Made by a program: the position numbers and the translations under genes. The notes beneath the pieces were generated by a model. That model worked only from the letters and a program-made list of their open reading frames with translations. It did no database searches and was not told the origin of the DNA. Of a stretch of DNA of 64,000 nucleotides, positions 62,146-64,000 are shown in pieces. Within the stretch, counting starts at the first letter, position 1, and each line of letters starts with the position of its first letter. Location: positions 51,958 through 115,957 of the forward strand of contig CAXXFK010000038.1 in the NCBI GenBank assembly GCA_963663965.2. The letters run 5' to 3'. This DNA comes from Sedimentisphaerales bacterium (GTDB lineage Bacteria; Planctomycetota; Phycisphaerae; Sedimentisphaerales; SM23-30).

Positions 62146-63341
62146 ATGTACCGAAATAAATTAAATGATTCAATATACTGGGTGGGTGTCAATGATTATG
62201 ATACCGATCTATTCGAATCGATCTGGCCCATTCCTGATGGGGTGAGCTATAATTCATATCTGATTGATGATGAGAAGGTGGCTTTGTTTGATACCGTGAA
62301 GGAATCGTTCTTTTCCCGGTATTTGAACACGATTTGCAACGTGCTGAATGGCCGGCCGGTGGATTATCTGATCATTCACCATCTCGAGCCGGATCACTCC
62401 GGTTCGATCCGAATGCTCAAGCAGGCTTATCCTGGCATGAAGGTGGTTGGCAATGCCAAGACGATCGAGTTTCTAAGTCACATGTTTGAGGATGTGAACG
62501 ATATTGTCGAAATTAAAGACCTTGATGAACTTCATCTGGGAAAAACATACGCTTAAATTTTATCTGACCCCGATGATTCACTGGCCTGAGACCATGATGA
62601 CCTGGGAGGCCTCTACCGGGACATTATTGTCCGGGGACGCCTTTGGCGCTTTTGGCGCTATCGATGGCGCTTTAATCGATGGGCAAATCGATAAGGAAAC
62701 TTATGAAGACAACATGCTACGTTATTATGCCAATATTGTCGGCAAATATTCCAGCATGGTTCAAAAAGCGTTAAAACGTCTGGGAGAATTGGATATTCGG
62801 ATGATTTGTCCCTCACACGGCGTCGTTATTCGGGATGATATCACCTGGTTTCTGGAACGATATCATTGCTGGAGTTTGCAAAGACCGGAACGGGGCGTGG
62901 TTCTGGTGTATGGTTCCATGTATGGCAATACGGAAAAGATGATGGAAGCGGTCGCGCGTGGATTACGTGAAAATGGTGTCCAAGTTGTCCGGGTGCATAA
63001 TATAGCCCGCAGCCATCCCTCTTATGTTATCAGGGATATCTGGCGTTACCAGGGTCTTGTGTTTGGGGCGCCAACGTATGACACCAAGCTCTTTCCACCC
63101 ATGGAATATCTGCTTAATTTGCTGATTGGGAAGATGATAAAAAACAAGATCGTAGGAATTTACGGCACTTATGGCTGGAGCGGGGGCGCGGTGAAGTGTT
63201 TTCGTGAGTTTACTGATCAGTTAAAGCTGGAAGTTGTCGAGCCAGTTATCGAGGCGCGCTTTACTCCCTCTGGAGATGAATCAGATCTTTGCCGGCAAAC
63301 TGGGACAGAATCTTGCTGCCAAACTGAAAACATTATCGTAA
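62146..63341 (+). CDS. fprA: Flavodiiron protein (FprA), two apparent single-base insertions
   Basis: GVSYNSYLI, HHLEPDHSG, HWPET, SGDAFG, PSHG, SMYGNT, YGWSGG. Frame breaks in A-runs at 62541-62545 and 63297-63299. Confidence 0.88.
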
Positions 63342-63358
63342 TCATTATAGCGATCAAT

Positions 63359-64000
63359 TCAGGCTAATCCTGATTTCGAACGTGAGGCGCGTACCATCTG
63401 GCAGGCGGTAATGATGGCCTGTTTCATGCTGTTGGGATTGGCTTTGTTTTTGCCGACGATATCAAAGGCTGTGCCGTGATCGACGCTGGTTCGGATAATA
63501 GGCAACCCCAGGGTGATGTTTACTGCCTGATCAAAAGCCAGTAGTTTAATTGGAATGAGGCCCTGATCGTGATACATGGCAATGATGGCGTCCCAGCGGC
63601 CATCCAGGGCCTGATAAAAGAGGGTGTCGGCCGGATAGGGGCCTTCGACATCAACACCGGCTTCACGGGCCATCACGATGGCCGGCGTGATGACGCGTTG
63701 TTCTTCATCACCCATATACCCGCTTTCACCGGCATGGGGATTAAGGGCGGCCACTGCGATGCGAGGATTGGGAATGTTGAAATATCGCTTTAAGGCATGG
63801 TGGGTCAGATCGATGGGATGGAACACCTTGCCGATGTAAAAATGGTGGCGAATTTCAAAAAGCGCATCATGAATCGTTACCAATGTGACGCGAAACGGAC
63901 CGCCGGTAAACATCATGGCGGTATGGCGTGCTTTGCATTTATCGGCCAGCATTTCTGTATGGCCGGGATATTTATAGCCAGCCAGATGCCAGGATTCTTT
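63359..64000 (-). CDS. pdxA: 4-hydroxythreonine-4-phosphate dehydrogenase, 5' part outside the window
   Basis: PGHTEML, VTIH, ALNPHAGE, GPYPADT, AMYHDQGLIP, RTSVDHGTAFDI; frame open to window end. Confidence 0.95.
   Translation of the reverse strand, partial: KESWHLAGYKYPGHTEMLADKCKARHTAMMFTGGPFRVTLVTIHDALFEIRHHFYIGKVFHPIDLTHHALKRYFNIPNPRIAVAALNPHAGESGYMGDEEQRVITPAIVMAREAGVDVEGPYPADTLFYQALDGRWDAIIAMYHDQGLIPIKLLAFDQAVNITLGLPIIRTSVDHGTAFDIVGKNKANPNSMKQAIITACQMVRASRSKSGLA

Noticed and set aside
62521..62560. Programmed ribosomal frameshift in fprA
   Set aside because: No precedent known to me for this family, and several other indels in the window point to consensus errors.

Overview
Bacterial chromosomal window. 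Gene content (LEPR-xLL giant protein, MoxR/VWA cluster, long-insertion SecA, Fe-S-bearing NqrA) suggests an anaerobic planctomycete, probably Phycisphaerae; this is inference, not a database result. In order: an AT-rich strip of small lipoprotein/orphan genes with shared flanking motifs and a MITE (1-4270); a nine-gene MoxR/DUF58/VWA/ABC operon (4.5-18.4 kb); a minus-strand operon encoding a 1755-aa LEPR-xLL RTX/Ig-like repeat protein, a PilZ protein, a GAF-MFP adaptor and a PqqD/RRE-like-M50 protease-MFP fusion (18.7-28.6 kb); a YfgM/TPR-like gene and rluD, then a second GAF-MFP + M50-MFP pair and an S41 protease (29.6-38.8 kb); a GH78 rhamnosidase; ArsR plus a CoA-disulfide reductase-rhodanese-TusA-DsrE fusion; nqrABCDEF; a MacAB-TolC-type exporter; secA, fprA and partial pdxA. 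The most interesting signal is the duplicated, ABC-ATPase-less RRE-M50-MFP/GAF-MFP module next to a LEPR-xLL cargo, a candidate leader-peptide-directed secretion system, preceded by a candidate structured leader RNA and terminator. Several frameshifts (rluD, tolC, fprA) may be assembly errors. No rRNA, tRNA, CRISPR array or transposase was recognised.
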